From IMG/VR virus record IMGVR_UViG_3300032233_001117, positions 1-38,917 of that record: DNA of 38,917 nt; one strand, given 5' to 3'. The notes beneath the pieces were generated by a model. That model was not told the origin of the DNA. It ran no database searches and saw only the letters and a list, made by a program, of their open reading frames with translations. The DNA comes from a virus (Duplodnaviria > Caudoviricetes). The first letter of the stretch is position 1. The number at the start of each line of letters is the position of its first letter. This document shows, piece by piece, positions 35,091 through 38,917 of the stretch. The position numbers and the translations under genes are program-made.

Positions 35091-35548
35091 GAGCGCAAAG
35101 CCAATACCTCCGCATCTACGACGCCGCTGGTGTTACCTACCAGCGGTGGCAGAGTTACTACGCCAACACCAGCGTCACATGGTCGAGCGCCAGCTGGAAC
35201 TACGTGCCGTTCATCGCTGATGGCATCACCGCTGGCAGCAGTGGCACTGAAGAATCGGTCTCTGTTACCGCTGCAGCGACCGGCCTGGTGTTGGATGCGT
35301 TCCTCGCTGCCATCAGCGATGGCCGCCTGGTGGATCTCAGCATCTACCAGTTCGATTCCACCCTGGGCAACAACACACCGCAAGCTGGGCAAGAGCTGGT
35401 GGCTGCGTACACCGGCCAAGTGGTTGGCGGTAATGGCGGATTGACTAGCCTGACCATACAACTCGGCTCGGCGTTGTCTCCCGTTGGAGCGCAAGTGCCG
35501 CCGCGCCGGTTGACATTGGCGATCATGGGGCAGGGCATTAGGCAGTGA
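35087..35548 (+). CDS. Minor tail protein
   Basis: ATGA-coupled after tape measure; precedes the hub gene. Confidence 0.6.
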   Translation: MRAQSQYLRIYDAAGVTYQRWQSYYANTSVTWSSASWNYVPFIADGITAGSSGTEESVSVTAAATGLVLDAFLAAISDGRLVDLSIYQFDSTLGNNTPQAGQELVAAYTGQVVGGNGGLTSLTIQLGSALSPVGAQVPPRRLTLAIMGQGIRQ

Positions 35549-37641
35549 GCTTCCTTTCCTCTAGCGATCCACTGGCACTGCTGGCCATCCAGGCCGGTCA
35601 GATCAACGCACCAGCTGATGCAACCGCCGCGCAAGGCACCACAGAGCTAGATAGCCCGCAGCGATTCGCGCAGATTGGCGAGCCGGTGCCGATCGTGTTC
35701 GCCCGATTCCGCAACAGCAAAGGCGGCATCCTGATCAGCCCCGGCGCCACCGAAGCACGCTTCGAGAATGACGCCAGCAACAACGTCACCGCGTACTACA
35801 TGCTGGTGCTGAGCGAGGGCCAGCTCGACAGCATCCCGGTCAAAGACGTGTTTCAGCGTGCCTGCCGCGTTGGCGCCCACACGCAGACCTACAACCGCAG
35901 GGCTGGCACCTGGACACCCGGCAACTTCCTGGTGCAGCGTGCCGGTAAGGATCTGCCCGAGGCACCATTCTTCTGCGGCACCGTTGGCAGCTACCCGGGC
36001 ATCAGCACGCTCAGCTTCAACGTCACCATCCCGGACAGCTTTGATCAGTACAACCGCCAGGTGCATCTGTTCATCCGCGGTGGCATGGCCGTCACCCGGA
36101 TCTACGACAGCGTGACCGGCCCCAGCGACAACTTCGCGGATCTGGTGAAGTGGCTGCTGGTCAATACCAGCAGGGTGCCAGCGGCGATGATCGACAACAC
36201 TGCACTGCTGGCAGCAGCCACATTCCTTGAGGTGAACGGCTTCACCTGCAACCTTGAGATCCGCGAAAGCACCAACTACTCAGACCTGGCCGCCAGACTG
36301 GCGCCCTACTTCCTGCTGTCTGAAAGCAGCGCAGGCGGCAAGCGCGGACTGCGGCCACTGCTGCCGGTGACCGCTGGCGGCGCCATCAACACCACGGCGA
36401 TCACGGCGGAGTACACCTTTGCTGAAGACACGGTGCTGCCCGGCACGCTGGAGATCAATTACCTGTCACTGGCGGACCGGCAGCCGTTCGTGGCACAGGT
36501 GATCTGGCGCCAGCAGCTGGAGAGCGACATTGGCATCATCCGCACCGCTGAGGTGCGTTATACCAGCACCGCCGAGACCGGGCCGTATGAGTCGCATGAT
36601 CTCTCGACGTTCTGCACCAGCGAGGATCACGCCGTCAAGGTTGGCGCCTACATCCTGGCCAAGCGCATCTACACGACGCACACCATCAGGTTTGCAGCAC
36701 GGCCGCAGGAGCACAACACGCTCATCAGCGCTGGCGACATCATCCGCGTGCAGCTGGCGCGTGACAACACCACCTACGCCAACTCGGTGCATGACTACCT
36801 CTACCAGGTGGAGCGGATTACCAAGACGCTGGCGGGTGATGTGAGCTATGAGGCCACGCACTTTCCGATCGACGACCAAGGCCGCAGCCTGATCGCGCTG
36901 GATGTGGCTGCTGCTGTCGGCACCGGCATCATCCTGCCAAGTGGCCGCACCGGCGTGAGCTGTGATGTGAACTCCAGCAGCGACAACACCATCCCGGCTG
37001 AGACATTCACGAACGCCGATGGCGAAGATCCGATCAACCTACCGTTCCCTGGTGCTGGATCTGCCCCAACTGGTGGCACCGGGAATGGTGATGACGGAAT
37101 AGATGCAGGCATTCCTCTCGCAGCAATAGTAACATCACCAGCAGGCGAGATACCACGCGCTGGCGTCGGACTCATACCTCCGACTGCGGTCTGCGGCGGA
37201 GAAGGCTTTGCAAAACTTGAATGGTATCGAAATGGAGTACTGTCCACCACAATCGAAAACATAGATGGCGTTTATACCGTCACCTATGGTGCTGACCGTC
37301 CAACATTCCTCAGCAATGTTAACCTAGGTATTTTGCTGCTTCGCGTAGGCGATGGCCCTACGTGGACATCAAAAACCTATTGCAAAAACGGCACAGTCAT
37401 AGGATCTTCGACCGCTGTGGCCGACGGCACTTATTTAAGAAACTACTCATTCAGAGCGCTTACACCGTTTGGCTGGGAAAATGGCTTATACAACAGCATC
37501 GGATTCCCGCCGTATTTAGTGTATGACGAAGGACTAGGGCTTGGGGAAGTTTATTGCTACAACTTGGCAAGCTTTGGAGGGTGGTTTGTTGCTAAATCAG
37601 GTCCAGGAATCGTGGCACTTGAAGCCATTCCACTAGGTTGA
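35545..37641 (+). CDS. Central tail hub/tip protein (gpJ-like)
   Basis: IGEPVPIVF, LVLSEG, GDIIRV; 698 aa; position. Confidence 0.7.
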   Translation: MSFLSSSDPLALLAIQAGQINAPADATAAQGTTELDSPQRFAQIGEPVPIVFARFRNSKGGILISPGATEARFENDASNNVTAYYMLVLSEGQLDSIPVKDVFQRACRVGAHTQTYNRRAGTWTPGNFLVQRAGKDLPEAPFFCGTVGSYPGISTLSFNVTIPDSFDQYNRQVHLFIRGGMAVTRIYDSVTGPSDNFADLVKWLLVNTSRVPAAMIDNTALLAAATFLEVNGFTCNLEIRESTNYSDLAARLAPYFLLSESSAGGKRGLRPLLPVTAGGAINTTAITAEYTFAEDTVLPGTLEINYLSLADRQPFVAQVIWRQQLESDIGIIRTAEVRYTSTAETGPYESHDLSTFCTSEDHAVKVGAYILAKRIYTTHTIRFAARPQEHNTLISAGDIIRVQLARDNTTYANSVHDYLYQVERITKTLAGDVSYEATHFPIDDQGRSLIALDVAAAVGTGIILPSGRTGVSCDVNSSSDNTIPAETFTNADGEDPINLPFPGAGSAPTGGTGNGDDGIDAGIPLAAIVTSPAGEIPRAGVGLIPPTAVCGGEGFAKLEWYRNGVLSTTIENIDGVYTVTYGADRPTFLSNVNLGILLLRVGDGPTWTSKTYCKNGTVIGSSTAVADGTYLRNYSFRALTPFGWENGLYNSIGFPPYLVYDEGLGLGEVYCYNLASFGGWFVAKSGPGIVALEAIPLG

Positions 37642-37643
37642 CC

Positions 37644-38483
37644 GTGGCAGTATTTCCCTCCCTAACACCCGCCACCCGCGCCTTTACGCCAGGTGAGTAC
37701 CCGCACACGCCGTTCACCACCTACAACGGCCTGCAGAATCGTGTACGCCATAGCAACGTGATGCTCAGCAGCTCCGTGCGGCTGAGCTTCATCGCCTTGG
37801 CGGAAGCTGACATGCTCAGCATCCTCAGTCACTACCAAGGCCAGTTCGGCAGCTTTGAGAGTTTCACGCTGCCGTCCAGCATCTGGAGCGGCGTCACCAC
37901 CATCAGCGACTACCAGCTGACGGACTACCGCTGGCGATACACGGAGGCGCCAACCGTAGACGACGTTTACTGCGGGCGTTACAACGTCGAACTAACGCTG
38001 GAAACAGTTCCGCCTGAAGGCAGGTTTGTCGGCGGCACCGAACTACTCGTTCTGTACTCACTCGCCGGTGGAACTGCCGCCGCTGCCAATGGCCTGCAGC
38101 AAAGCATCACGCTGACGCTGGCCACTGAGGGCTTTGCTGTTCCTGGCTTGGATGAGTCAATCACTGCCAGCATCGGCGCCGCCAATGGCATTATTGCCAG
38201 CGTTGTATTCTCCCTGGATGCAGGCGTTCCCGCATTCGACGGTAATGCAGTCGGCCTCGACGAGAGCATCACACTATCTCTGGCAGGTGGCACAGCAACC
38301 GGAGGTAGCGGCGGAGGCCCCGCCACCGGCGAGGCAAGCTTCTGGAGCGACTGGGCCTATTACGACCCCGACATTTTCCTGTACACCGAAGAAGTAGCAA
38401 TTGCTGGTGCAGCACCCGTGTACTGGAACAGGTGGCAATCCTGGACTGAAGATCCTCCACTGCTGTTTGAGGAATCCACCTAG
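37644..38483 (+). CDS. Minor tail protein with C-terminal repeats
   Basis: N-terminal domain paralogous to 2777-3226; GTG start after TGA-CC; repeated SITxxL/GLDESIT. Confidence 0.6.
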   Translation: MAVFPSLTPATRAFTPGEYPHTPFTTYNGLQNRVRHSNVMLSSSVRLSFIALAEADMLSILSHYQGQFGSFESFTLPSSIWSGVTTISDYQLTDYRWRYTEAPTVDDVYCGRYNVELTLETVPPEGRFVGGTELLVLYSLAGGTAAAANGLQQSITLTLATEGFAVPGLDESITASIGAANGIIASVVFSLDAGVPAFDGNAVGLDESITLSLAGGTATGGSGGGPATGEASFWSDWAYYDPDIFLYTEEVAIAGAAPVYWNRWQSWTEDPPLLFEEST

Positions 38484-38529
38484 CGCTACACTCGAAACAT
38501 ACTGATCAAGCGTCTGCGCCCTATCTGCT

Positions 38530-38898
38530 ATGGCAGCTCCTAACATCAAGAGCGGCAGCTCGGTCACGACGGTCACCGGCAAGACGGTCGGTTACGCCGT
38601 CACAACCTCGATGGCTGCAGCGCTGAGCAACGGCGCCAGCAGTGGCAAGGTGCTGAAGATCAACAGCGTGTACTGCGCCAACGTGGATGGCACCGCAGCA
38701 GCGGACATCAGTCTGGAGCACTACAACGGCACCACTGGCTTCGCTATTGGCAAGACGATCAGCGTGCCAGCTGACGCCACTCAGGTACTGGTCACCCGCG
38801 AGGCGTACATCTACCTGGAAGAAGGCCACAGCCTCCGCGCACAGGCCAGCGCTGCCAGCGACCTGGAGCTGGTCATCAGCTACGAGGACATCAGCTGA
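38530..38898 (+). CDS. Putative tail/virion protein (3' end repeated at 1-104)
   Basis: KVLKINSVYCANVDG..TISVPADAT..IYLEEG..ISYEDIS. Confidence 0.65.
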   Translation: MAAPNIKSGSSVTTVTGKTVGYAVTTSMAAALSNGASSGKVLKINSVYCANVDGTAAADISLEHYNGTTGFAIGKTISVPADATQVLVTREAYIYLEEGHSLRAQASAASDLELVISYEDIS

Positions 38899-38917
38899 TG
38901 CTTGGCTTCAACGGCGG
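38795..38917. repeat. Terminal direct repeat, right copy
   Basis: Identical to 1-123. Confidence 0.97.

Overview
The window is an apparently complete, circularly assembled genome of a long-tailed (siphovirus-type) dsDNA phage. Bases 1-123 equal 38795-38917, so the unit length is about 38,794 bp. The host is most likely a picocyanobacterium; this is inferred from an RpoD-type sigma factor, DnaN and the style of the small genes. Layout: + strand tail-tip, lysis, metallophosphoesterase and HNH genes (1-6.5 kb); - strand early and recombination genes (sigma, SSB, Bet, RecE-like, VRR-NUC, SF2 helicase; 6.4-17 kb); + strand RHH protein, primase-helicase, a repeat-rich putative origin, DnaN, terminase, head and tail genes (17-38.9 kb). 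I found no integrase, tRNA, CRISPR array or reverse transcriptase. The best candidate for a new system is an AT-richer cassette at 13.7-16.6 kb. It holds an IbrA/DUF3440-type PAPS-reductase-family gene, an ectoine-synthase (EctC)-like cupin fused to an IbrB/ParB domain, a Trp-rich ORF and a stand-alone copy of the IbrA C-terminus. A second PP-loop enzyme lies on the other side of the helicase; together these may form a DNA or nucleotide modification system. Other signals are several 'collapsed gene' mini-ORFs that keep translational coupling, C-UGC-G hairpins before the scaffold and capsid genes, and -10-only promoters matching a sigma with a degenerate region 4.2. All family assignments come from motif recognition; no searches were run.
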